Assembly (NCBI GenBank): GCA_964514965.1
Contig: CAZETV010000002.1
Coordinates: forward strand, 60,001-92,000
Reading direction: 5' to 3'
Length of the DNA stretch: 32,000 nucleotides
From: Candidatus Hadarchaeota archaeon
Lineage (GTDB): Archaea > Hadarchaeota > Hadarchaeia > Hadarchaeales > Hadarchaeaceae
Shown: piece after piece, positions 16,211-24,546 of the stretch
How the letters are laid out: the number at the start of each line of letters is the position of its first letter
Numbering within the stretch: the stretch's first letter is position 1
The notes under the pieces: model-generated
Databases searched by the model: none
Told to the model about the DNA's origin: nothing
Seen by the model: the letters and a program-made list of their open reading frames with translations, nothing else
Translations under genes and position numbers: made by a program

Positions 16211-18307
16211 CTATAGGTTAAATTCTTTCCTTATTTTTTTAACTTTTTCAAGACACTTCGGGGTGTTGTTAGCATCATATGCGAACTCTTCGTATCTCTT
16301 TAGCTCTTTTATCAGTATCTTCCTTTCCAATTCAAAAAAATCTGGTTCGAAAGAACGTTGCGAAGAGGGCAAAACAATAATGTCGTAGAGTGTGGCCTTG
16401 TCCTTTCCCGGAAAACGTCTTAAAAGCCTCCCTCTTCTTTGAATGAATTCTCTGGGATTACCCGAGCTCGAGAGCAATATGCCTGTTCTGGCGGGTGGAA
16501 CATCCACTCCTTCGTCTAAACATTTCATTGCAACTAAAATCTGATAATCGCCATCGGCAAATTTTCGGAGCAAAATTTCTCGTTGGGCAACGTTTTCGAC
16601 CGCTGTAAACTTGTGTTGTAAAATATCTCTGTCGTTTAAAATTCTTTGAACTCTCTTTATCTGTTTTGGCGAACAATAAACAAAGCAATGTCTGGCACCG
16701 CCACCGATCTTGTCTAATATTTTTTCAAAAACAACGTATTTGTTTTGAGCGTTTTTTACGGTCTCTTGACGTTTTATACATAACAAATTAAAAAGTTCCT
16801 TTCTCTCCTGGTTAGACTTGCATGCGTAATATTGTCGAGCAATTTTCTTAGTTTCAGATTGATAGAGGTAAAACTCTTCGTCAGTCATCTCGACGAAATA
16901 GGGTTCATATTCGTATGGTGTGAGATAAGTTTCTCCGGTTTTTGGATTTACAGTTGTGATGGCATCTTTTATAGAGAAAACTGATACTATATCTCCGAAA
17001 TACTCAAAAAGTTTTTTGCTTCCAGGTTCATCAAAATATCTTTTAGGTGTTGCACTTAACCCCAACCTGAATTCATATCGGTCTAACAAACCTTTTTGTC
17101 TCTCTGGTGCCCCGAGGGTATGAACTTCGTCGCCAATTAAAAATACTTTTGCGCTAGTTTCATTTATTATTTCAGTAAAATCATTACTAGAAATGGTATT
17201 TGGGGTAGTTAAAATTATTATTTTTTCACTAATGTCATTTTCTATGTCCCGCAAGTAGTCAACCAGTTTATTTTTCCAACCTGGATTGCTACTATCAGCG
17301 ATTACGATAAGCCAATGAATGTCAAATTTTATTATTTCATTTTCCCATTGTTTCAGCAAATGTTTGGTGGGTGAAGTAATGACAATGACAAGCTTTTTTT
17401 CTGATTCAGACATTTTCTTCAAACATCCCAACGCAGCAAACGTTTTCCCAGAACCTGTAGCCATTTCAAAAATCCCTTTCTTACCGTTTTCTAACCAATT
17501 AGCGATAGCACTCTCTTGATGAGTCCATAACTTGATTGCTTTTTTTCTTATCCATTCTTTCTTTATCAACCATTTGTCCAGATTCAAAACTTCAACATTG
17601 TCTGGAGCTATTTTAATAAGCTTTTCTTTTACGCCGGTGGGGACATCGATAACTTTTGTTCTTCTTGCCTGTCCATTCCAGAATTTTTCAAATTTTTTGA
17701 TATCTGTATCAAGATATTCTTTTTCAGTTTCTTTCCAACTACAAAATACTTTAAACTCTTCTATATGCCTCGTCCATCCATAAGCGCTTTCGTTATCAGA
17801 ACCGCTAAACGATATTCGGTTCCCTTCTACATCTTCTAATATACCGACCTTCTGATGAAACAATCCTTCTTTTTCGATAGATTCTTCATCAAGAGGTAGC
17901 CCGTCCTCATCATAAACGATTGCTATTTTAATTTCTAGTTTCTTTTTGGCAATCATCCACCCCAGTGCGCACACATGGTCTTCCACGAATTTATCTTCTA
18001 AATTTTCCAATTCTTCAAGCATCATTTTTTCTATCACTTTCTCAGGAGTTTCATGAGCTTCTCTAATAACTTCAACATCGGATTTTCGTAGTTTGGCGCT
18101 TGTAACTAAATACATGAATCCACCATTGGAAATCAATTTAGAAATTCCTCTCGCGGCAACAGCAAGAGCGCTTGAAGAGAAAAATCCAGCTAACCTTTTA
18201 TAAGTTACTGATTGGGATAATGCAAGTATGTAAAAGTCATTTAGAATATCGTCAATGTCGGAGTCGTAAGCTTTTTTTAGCTTTATACCCTTCAAGGTCA
18301 TGTTCAC
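16211..18307 (-). CDS. PLD-like (single HKD) nuclease domain fused to an SF2 (ResIII/DEAH-type) helicase
   Basis: The N-terminal region has YKRLAGFFSSSAL and FHQKVGILED...FSGSDN (HxK...GSxN). Helicase motifs are EMATGSGKTF (I), LIGDEVHTL (II), LGLSATP (III) and QRRGRLLR (VI). A GGAGG lies 7 nt before the ATG at 18301, so the start is probably 18301 rather than the GTG at 18307. Confidence 0.85.
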   Translation of the reverse strand: MNMTLKGIKLKKAYDSDIDDILNDFYILALSQSVTYKRLAGFFSSSALAVAARGISKLISNGGFMYLVTSAKLRKSDVEVIREAHETPEKVIEKMMLEELENLEDKFVEDHVCALGWMIAKKKLEIKIAIVYDEDGLPLDEESIEKEGLFHQKVGILEDVEGNRISFSGSDNESAYGWTRHIEEFKVFCSWKETEKEYLDTDIKKFEKFWNGQARRTKVIDVPTGVKEKLIKIAPDNVEVLNLDKWLIKKEWIRKKAIKLWTHQESAIANWLENGKKGIFEMATGSGKTFAALGCLKKMSESEKKLVIVITSPTKHLLKQWENEIIKFDIHWLIVIADSSNPGWKNKLVDYLRDIENDISEKIIILTTPNTISSNDFTEIINETSAKVFLIGDEVHTLGAPERQKGLLDRYEFRLGLSATPKRYFDEPGSKKLFEYFGDIVSVFSIKDAITTVNPKTGETYLTPYEYEPYFVEMTDEEFYLYQSETKKIARQYYACKSNQERKELFNLLCIKRQETVKNAQNKYVVFEKILDKIGGGARHCFVYCSPKQIKRVQRILNDRDILQHKFTAVENVAQREILLRKFADGDYQILVAMKCLDEGVDVPPARTGILLSSSGNPREFIQRRGRLLRRFPGKDKATLYDIIVLPSSQRSFEPDFFELERKILIKELKRYEEFAYDANNTPKCLEKVKKIRKEFNL

Positions 18308-18521
18308 GCCTCCAATTAAACTAACGACCCACTTTAATTACTTTTTTAGTCATTTAACTCTATTTATCTTCCTAATTCCATCCCAAGTAGTCCGCCTCGG
18401 TCTCGAAAACTCCTCAAAATTAGGACAAAGCCGACCCCGTTTTCTTGGCTACCAAGATTAAAAAACCAAATATTGCTATCGGCTGCCCTAGCGGTGCTTC
18501 TTCACCGGGTAGATCTCCTAC

Positions 18522-19565
18522 CTAAATCTTCCGCTGGGGAATCAGCCGAGAGTAAAATTCCCTCGGCCTCAGCTCCTTAAATTCCCCGGTTCGCTGGGCT
18601 ATGTGCTTCCGGATATCCACGCACAGGTGGCATTTCGAGATGTACCCGTCTGGAGCCTCCTCGTAATCGAATTCCTCGACGGCGAACCTGTACAGTTCTC
18701 CCATCCCCGTCACGAGGGCGCTGAGGATCGGGCGGTCATCCAGCCTCACCCCCTCGCAGATCGATTCCAGGTCCCTCGCATCTCCGAGCGAAAGCCCCCC
18801 GCAGTAGCCGGTGATGTAGTTGAAGTAATTGTCGATGTGGAAGTGCCAGCCCCTCGTCAGCTCGGCCGCACACGAGTCCCCGAAAAATACCTTCGCCGGG
18901 TATTTACGGTACAGGTGCCCGAGCTCGTAGGGCGCCCTTCCCATCGGGAGCAGTTCCAGCCTCAGCGCGTCTTGGCCCGCAAGCTTGAGGGTTTCTTCGA
19001 GTGACAAAGTGCCGCTTACCCCCAGCCCCCTCATCAGCTCGTAGAAGCCCTCCTGATAGACCAGCACGTTCGACCCGAATACCTCCCTGCTCACCTCGAT
19101 CGCCGTTGCCGCACGCTTGAGGGGGACGTGCTCCAGGATGAAGGGGTTGACGCTTATCAGGATCCCGTCCAGCCCGGCATCCCTGAGCTTGGAGAGTTTT
19201 TCCTTGCAAACTCGACGGCTGGTGCACCAGAAGCAATTAGTCTCGACGAAGGTCGCCGGAATCTCGAGCGCCTCGGCAACCTTGGTGAGCTCGAGTAAGA
19301 GGTCGAAGTTCATGAAGGGTTCGCCGCCCGTGAAGTGAAGCCCGTAGTTTATCCCAACGGTCTTGAAGCCGGGCGGATATTGCACCCGAAACCTTCCTGA
19401 TAGCTCGGTCAGGACCTTTTCGGCATCTCCCAGATCGATCCAATCTGCATCCCAGCGCGGGGAGCAAGCATACATGCAGTGCTTGCATTCGCCCGTGCAT
19501 TTGTACGTGAGGAACAAGCCTCCCGAGAAAGGTTCTTCCACTTTTAAAATCGTCATACAAATCAC
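18522..19565 (-). CDS. Radical SAM protein, function unknown
   Basis: FLTYKCTGECKHCMY (CxxxCxxC), HFTGGEPF, and further Cys residues in the C-terminal part (GYCGG, KCHLC). Composition is GC-rich and host-like. Confidence 0.7.
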   Translation of the reverse strand: MICMTILKVEEPFSGGLFLTYKCTGECKHCMYACSPRWDADWIDLGDAEKVLTELSGRFRVQYPPGFKTVGINYGLHFTGGEPFMNFDLLLELTKVAEALEIPATFVETNCFWCTSRRVCKEKLSKLRDAGLDGILISVNPFILEHVPLKRAATAIEVSREVFGSNVLVYQEGFYELMRGLGVSGTLSLEETLKLAGQDALRLELLPMGRAPYELGHLYRKYPAKVFFGDSCAAELTRGWHFHIDNYFNYITGYCGGLSLGDARDLESICEGVRLDDRPILSALVTGMGELYRFAVEEFDYEEAPDGYISKCHLCVDIRKHIAQRTGEFKELRPREFYSRLIPQRKI

Positions 19566-19717
19566 TCCAAGGAGACTCCCGCTTTAGCTGGGGTAGGAAT
19601 TGAGGTTAAATTTTTTCGTTGGTCTTCGAGCGAGTAGCGTGAAAGTGCCCGAAAATCAGGCCAGCGAGGAGAGCTGGTCGTATTGCAACCCCTTTAGAAG
19701 GTTTTACTTCCGACGCC

Positions 19718-20287
19718 TCACTTGATGTTGACCTTTTCGCCCGGTTTCTCCTCCTCAAGCCTCCGCAGCGTTACCTCGAGCACCCCGTTCTGATAGCTCG
19801 CGTCCACGCTCTTGGGGTCCACCCTCGCCAGAAGCTCGACCTCCTTGAAGTACTTGCGCTCCTTGGTGTCAACGGAAATGGTCAGCTTGTCCTCTTTCAC
19901 CCGCAAATCGATGTCCTCCTTGGTGACGCCAGGAATCTCGGCTATCACCCGAATGATGTAGGGGGTCGGGACCACTTCGATTATCGGCTCCCTGCGCTCG
20001 GTGGGCCTCGGGAGGGGAACGCCCGGCTTGAGGTTGCCGAAGGTTCGGACCTTTGGCTTGCCGTCGGGCCCTATGGTCATGGAATATCCGTAGACCAGCG
20101 GCCCCAGAGTCCTGACCGTAGTGCCGTCCGGAAACTTTCGCTCGCGGTAAAGCTCCTTGGGCATCCGCTTCGAGAAGTTCTCAAACATCTCCCCGAACGT
20201 CCGGTCCATTTCTCGGAAGAAACGCGCGAAAGGGCGGCGTCCAAACCATTCCTCAAACTCGTCCCAAAATGCCATCCCTTTTTCCAC
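19718..20287 (-). CDS. Small heat-shock protein (Hsp20/alpha-crystallin family)
   Basis: Alpha-crystallin domain: IIRVIAEIPGVTKEDIDLRVKEDKLTISVDTKE...ASYQNGVLEVTLRR. Confidence 0.9.
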   Translation of the reverse strand: MEKGMAFWDEFEEWFGRRPFARFFREMDRTFGEMFENFSKRMPKELYRERKFPDGTTVRTLGPLVYGYSMTIGPDGKPKVRTFGNLKPGVPLPRPTERREPIIEVVPTPYIIRVIAEIPGVTKEDIDLRVKEDKLTISVDTKERKYFKEVELLARVDPKSVDASYQNGVLEVTLRRLEEEKPGEKVNIK

Positions 20288-20373
20288 CTTGATTATAATT
20301 TGGAATGATTTGCTAAAAAATTTTTCTCTCAGAATCTCGTGCTCAATTTTTAGGTTTGGTGTGAAAGATACAG

Positions 20374-20910
20374 TTGAGAGGCGGATTCGTGCTTGAAGAA
20401 TGGAACGTGCTGGTGGTCTCCCACGAGGGCGAGGAGCGGCGCTTGCGCAGGGACTTGCGGGAATTGGGAGAGTTCAAGTTCACGAGATTCAGAAGTCTGC
20501 TGCTCGGAAAAGTCGATCTCCATGCGTTTCTCGAAGAGGTTCAAGCCAAGTCCATCCCTTCGCTGGCGAGGGTCGTCCCTGTCGAGGAGAACTTCCGCGC
20601 GCAGCCTGAGGATTTGCTCGAAATCCTGAAAGACAAGGTAAAGAAATACTCGGGGCGAATCGGGCAGGGCGAAAGCTTTTGCGTGAGGTTCGAGCGCAGA
20701 GGTTTCAAAGGTCGGATTTCGAGTCTGGAGGTCGAGGAAGAAATCGGAGGGTACTTGCATGACCTGCTCGAGAAGGAAGGGAAAAGCCCCAGAGTCAGCC
20801 TAGAAGACCCGGACAAGTTGCTCGTAATCCAATCGGTCGGAACCTCGTTTGGCATAGGGCTCATAGACCGCGAAAACAGGCAGAGATATCCGATCATTCG
20901 GGTGAAGTGA
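20374..20910 (+). CDS. THUMP-domain protein
   Basis: SFCVRFERRGFKGRISSLEVEEEIGGYL...LLVIQSVGTSFGIGL is typical of stand-alone THUMP proteins. The start is uncertain (alternative GTG at 20389). Confidence 0.6.
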   Translation: MRGGFVLEEWNVLVVSHEGEERRLRRDLRELGEFKFTRFRSLLLGKVDLHAFLEEVQAKSIPSLARVVPVEENFRAQPEDLLEILKDKVKKYSGRIGQGESFCVRFERRGFKGRISSLEVEEEIGGYLHDLLEKEGKSPRVSLEDPDKLLVIQSVGTSFGIGLIDRENRQRYPIIRVK

Positions 20911-20985
20911 ATGTCTGTTTTTGCTCCCCCTCCAAATCCAAATTTTAATACCACTAACCTCAAATCGCTAGAATGAGGTGATGGA

Positions 20986-21495
20986 ATGGAAGTTCTCGAA
21001 GCCATCCGCACGAGGCGAAGCATTAGAAACTACGAAAGGCGACCGGTTCCCGAGGAGTCCGTTAGAAAGATCTTGGAGGCTGGCAGGTGGGCACCTTCTG
21101 CAGACAACTCCCAGCCTTGGAGTTTCATCGTGCTCAGGGACGAAGGGGTTCGTAGAGAGGTATCAAGAGCAACCACCTACGGGAGGTTCCTCGCCGACGC
21201 TCCGCTTGGCATCGCGGTCGTCATAGACCCGGCAGCGTCTACACATCCGGTGGAGGATGGGGCAATCGCAACCCAAAATATGATTCTAGCCGCTCACGCC
21301 CTCGGACTTGGTACGTGTTGGATCGGGTCGTACGGGTCCACCCACGAGAAACGGGTGAAGGAGATACTGGGCATCCCCAAGGATAAACGATTGCTTTCAA
21401 TAATATCTGTGGGTTTCCCAGCTGAATCCCGAAAATCTACACGTAGGGAGCTGGGAGAACTGACATTCACCGACAGATATGGGAAAAGTGACTGA
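20986..21495 (+). CDS. Nitroreductase family protein
   Basis: AIRTRRSIRNYERRPVPEESVRKILEAGRWAPSADNSQPWSFIVL. A GAGGTGAT Shine-Dalgarno-like motif lies just upstream. Confidence 0.85.
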   Translation: MEVLEAIRTRRSIRNYERRPVPEESVRKILEAGRWAPSADNSQPWSFIVLRDEGVRREVSRATTYGRFLADAPLGIAVVIDPAASTHPVEDGAIATQNMILAAHALGLGTCWIGSYGSTHEKRVKEILGIPKDKRLLSIISVGFPAESRKSTRRELGELTFTDRYGKSD

Positions 21496-21505
21496 GGGTT
21501 GATGG

Positions 21506-21976
21506 TTGAGGCTTTATTTGGTTCAGCACGCCGAAGCCAAACCTCAAGCGGATGACCCGGCGCGCCCGCTCTCCGAGAAAGGCCAAGCAGACATCCAGAA
21601 GGTGGCGAATTTCATCAAGGCGAAAGGAATCGAGGTATCCAAAATATTCCACAGCGGAAAACTCCGGGCCAAGCAAACCGCTGAAGCCCTGGCCGAAAGC
21701 ATCTCATCAACGGGAGGAGTCGAGCAGGCTGAAGGTCTAGCACCGCTCGACGACCCGGGCATCTGGGCGAACAGGCTGAAGGAAGAGCTCGAAGATCTGG
21801 TGCTCGTTGGCCACCTCCCCTATCTGAGCAAGCTCGCTGGTCTTCTGCTAGCGGGCGACCCTGAGCGAAAGGTCGTGAAATTTAGGAATGGTGGGGTAGT
21901 CTGCTTGGAGCGGGACGAGGACGGGAACTGGTCCGTGGGGTGGGTCCTGACTCCGGAGCTCTTAGCAACCAAATGA
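21506..21976 (+). CDS. sixA: Phosphohistidine phosphatase SixA-like (histidine phosphatase superfamily)
   Basis: MRLYLVQHAEA...PLSEKGQADIQKVANFIKAKGIEVSKIFHSGKLRAKQTAEAL (RHG-type motif). The start is TTG. Confidence 0.75.
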   Translation: MRLYLVQHAEAKPQADDPARPLSEKGQADIQKVANFIKAKGIEVSKIFHSGKLRAKQTAEALAESISSTGGVEQAEGLAPLDDPGIWANRLKEELEDLVLVGHLPYLSKLAGLLLAGDPERKVVKFRNGGVVCLERDEDGNWSVGWVLTPELLATK

Positions 21977-22056
21977 AAACTGCTCCGAACTTGAACTCCC
22001 ACAGGCTACTGCTCCAATTTAAATGATATCCCCACCACTTTGTAACGGGAAATCTC

Positions 22057-22698
22057 ATGCACGAAAACATCAGGCTCGGAGTGACCCGCCTCCAATCGGC
22101 TCTCGACTGCCCCCTCTGCTTCTGGCTCTCTCGGCGTATTGGCTCGCCTCCCTCCATCTTCGCCGGCATCCCCGCCCAGATTGACTCCGTGATCAAAAAT
22201 TACATGAAGCAATTCATCGGGAACTCGGATTTGCCTGAGTGGTTCCCCGTGCGCGGCACCTTCATGGACGCCAGCCAGACCCTGAGAGCAACCGACCCGA
22301 CCACCTGCATCACCGTGGTGGGAAAGCTCGATGCTTTGGTGAAGACGGCAGACGAAGAATATCACATCATCGACTACAAAACTGGCAGGCCCCCCAAGGA
22401 GGTTCCAAATTACTACCAAATGCAGCTCGACGGCTACGCCTACCTCCTCGAGCAAAACGATTTCCGGCCCGTGGTGGGCGGCACGTTGCTTTACTTCACG
22501 CCCGAGCATGGGGACCTCTCGGAGGGGCGCTTCCCGTTCAAAATCACCGCTGTGCGGGCCGAGGTTGACCCGGGCCGCATCCCGCCCGTTCTCGCGCTGG
22601 CCAGGGAAATCCTCGACTTGCAGACCCCGCCGCCCAGAAGCGAGGACTGCGAGATGTGCATGTGGCGGGAGCAGGTCGAGCACACTCTATCAGAATGA
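22057..22698 (+). CDS. Cas4/RecB-like PD-(D/E)XK nuclease with four cysteines
   Basis: N-terminal CPLC, IIDYKTG (D-x-K), YYQMQLDGYAYLL (QxxxY), and C-terminal CEMC. Confidence 0.65.
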   Translation: MHENIRLGVTRLQSALDCPLCFWLSRRIGSPPSIFAGIPAQIDSVIKNYMKQFIGNSDLPEWFPVRGTFMDASQTLRATDPTTCITVVGKLDALVKTADEEYHIIDYKTGRPPKEVPNYYQMQLDGYAYLLEQNDFRPVVGGTLLYFTPEHGDLSEGRFPFKITAVRAEVDPGRIPPVLALAREILDLQTPPPRSEDCEMCMWREQVEHTLSE

Positions 22699-22751
22699 GA
22701 ACACCCGAACGATTTTTGACTTCTCACGAGATTTTGTTGGCCAAAGACAGC

Positions 22752-23606
22752 CTAGAAAGGTGCGAATACGCCCATAAACACGAACCACGCCAAAATTGTT
22801 TTTGCGGCTAAACTGAGAATAACGTAAAATCGTTCGCCATAGAGGTAATCTCTCCAACGTCCGACACCTTTGTACTGTAAGACCATGTTGATCGCGAAGA
22901 TATTGAACAGAATGAAATAGATGAAAGGGATGAAGTATACGAATGTTGGAATTTCTCCTCCCACAGAGTTAACAGCAGCAACGAAATAGGCGAAAATCAC
23001 GACCCATGGAACCCAACCTGAAATCGTCCCCAAGATAAATGGCGACCAATTAGTCTTTTTTGTTTTCTGATTGAGAATTTCCATCAAATACCCGAACATT
23101 ATCATCATCGCGTTTAAGACGAAAATCATGATCAACGACCAAAAATCCCAGACACCCACCAACAGTGCAATCAGTAATATCATTATTGAGCTTGAGAAGG
23201 CGTACTCGTACCAGCGGTAAGGATTCATCCCTTTTTTCAAATTTTCATTGTAACGGTTATTTACCAGATACGAAATCGAAAAGTGCGCTATGGCAGAAAT
23301 TAGGAGGAAGGAAGCGAGAATCGCCCCCAAATATTCGAAAGTAAACAAAATTTGAGGATTCGGTACCACCTCGAATAGGATTGGTTCCGTAGTAATTATT
23401 TTTATATCAAGATAGAACGTGTATACATTTCTCGAAAACGTCAGAAGAAGACCCAACAGCAACATTGCTATCCCCTGAACTAAATGCAAAGAACCTGCGA
23501 TGGTGTTGAAGCGTTTCAGATAGGTAAAAGTTATAGGTGAGCTGGCGATTATTTTCTGCCTTTCTTTATAATCCATTGGTGCCCCCATAGTACTAAATAT
23601 GTCCAA
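22752..23606 (-). CDS. Heliorhodopsin
   Basis: FNTIAGSLHLVQ, NPYRWYEYAFSSSIMILLIA (counterion Glu), GWVPWV, and QYKGVGRWRDYLYGERFYVILSLAAKTILAW (Schiff-base Lys, codon at 22800-22802) parallel the published heliorhodopsins 48C12/TaHeR as I remember them. The likely true start is the ATG at 23588 or 23576. Confidence 0.85.
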   Translation of the reverse strand: MDIFSTMGAPMDYKERQKIIASSPITFTYLKRFNTIAGSLHLVQGIAMLLLGLLLTFSRNVYTFYLDIKIITTEPILFEVVPNPQILFTFEYLGAILASFLLISAIAHFSISYLVNNRYNENLKKGMNPYRWYEYAFSSSIMILLIALLVGVWDFWSLIMIFVLNAMMIMFGYLMEILNQKTKKTNWSPFILGTISGWVPWVVIFAYFVAAVNSVGGEIPTFVYFIPFIYFILFNIFAINMVLQYKGVGRWRDYLYGERFYVILSLAAKTILAWFVFMGVFAPF

Positions 23607-23771
23607 AATACTAAATAAATCTTCTTATTTAGAACCAAATAATTTAAATTGGTGCAAAATACTGCAAAATTATCGCGATAAGTGCCCGATTTAGAGTGAT
23701 AATTGATTTGATTCTAAACCTAGTGCAAAAACTAGCCATTTACATTGACCCGCTGTTGAAAAATTAAATAA

Positions 23772-24476
23772 TTACGAAATCAGCGGAATTATCTCGTTTG
23801 TCACGTAATCCAGAAATTCATTCAGCTCAGCCCGGCTGAACATCGTCACCACGCAATCCCGGGTGATACCCACGACCAAGCCACGCTTTTGCAGTTCAAG
23901 AACCGTGTACCAAATCTTTCCGTGTTCAAGATAATCGCGGTAGAGCTTGGTGTCCGCGAGCGCTGATCCTGCGAGCGCTAGTTTCCCTACACTTGGGATA
24001 TCAACTTCGTCGAACCAGATGAGCTTCGTGGCGCGGGGGTTTGATTCGTGAAGCTCCTTTAAAGTTTCATGGGTAATCTTTGTCTCAACTATCCCCCCCG
24101 TCTTGATGAAAAGAATCTCGCTGAGTTTGTTCGCCACGTAGTTCGTCAGCAGCTTCTTCACCCCCCTAGCTTTTGAAGGCGCGAGCACGACAAGGAAAGT
24201 CCGATCTTTAAATCGCTTGATCCAGAAGGGGGTTTCTTCCGTGACCGGAGTTTCAACCAGTCCGCGCTTGTAATAACGGCTGAGCACGAAGTCCTTGCTA
24301 AAAATTCCCGCCAGCAAGTCGGCCTCTATCTTCAAATCCAAAATTTCCATCGCCAGTTTGAGCTGCTGCCCCTTTTGCTCGTACGGTACTTCTTCCCGGA
24401 AGTCCTTGAGCTTCTGGGCTATCAGCGCCAGCTCGATTGGCTCCTTGAGCTCGAATATCTTTGCGGCGAGGACCAT
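23772..24476 (-). CDS. Hypothetical 234-aa protein, divergent from the SMC-like operon
   Basis: Clean ORF with host-like composition. No motif recognised. Confidence 0.5.
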   Translation of the reverse strand: MVLAAKIFELKEPIELALIAQKLKDFREEVPYEQKGQQLKLAMEILDLKIEADLLAGIFSKDFVLSRYYKRGLVETPVTEETPFWIKRFKDRTFLVVLAPSKARGVKKLLTNYVANKLSEILFIKTGGIVETKITHETLKELHESNPRATKLIWFDEVDIPSVGKLALAGSALADTKLYRDYLEHGKIWYTVLELQKRGLVVGITRDCVVTMFSRAELNEFLDYVTNEIIPLIS

Positions 24477-24546
24477 ATGTCACCCTAAAGACTTAAACAC
24501 TGTGAGGGTTTAAAATTGAGGACGTATAAAATTTAAACTGGTACTT

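Noticed and set aside
12330-18320. Calling the island a complete Dnd/Ssp phosphorothioation system or an integrated mobile element
   Set aside because: No DndA/C/E or SspA/B/D homologues, integrase, transposase, tRNA or flanking direct repeats could be found by eye. Only a DndD-like ATPase and a possibly Dnd-associated small protein are present.
19659-19679. Hairpin CCAGC-GAGGAGA-GCTGG downstream of hsp20 as a terminator
   Set aside because: The stem is only 5-6 bp and no clear oligo-T tract follows on the transcribed strand. It is too weak to call.
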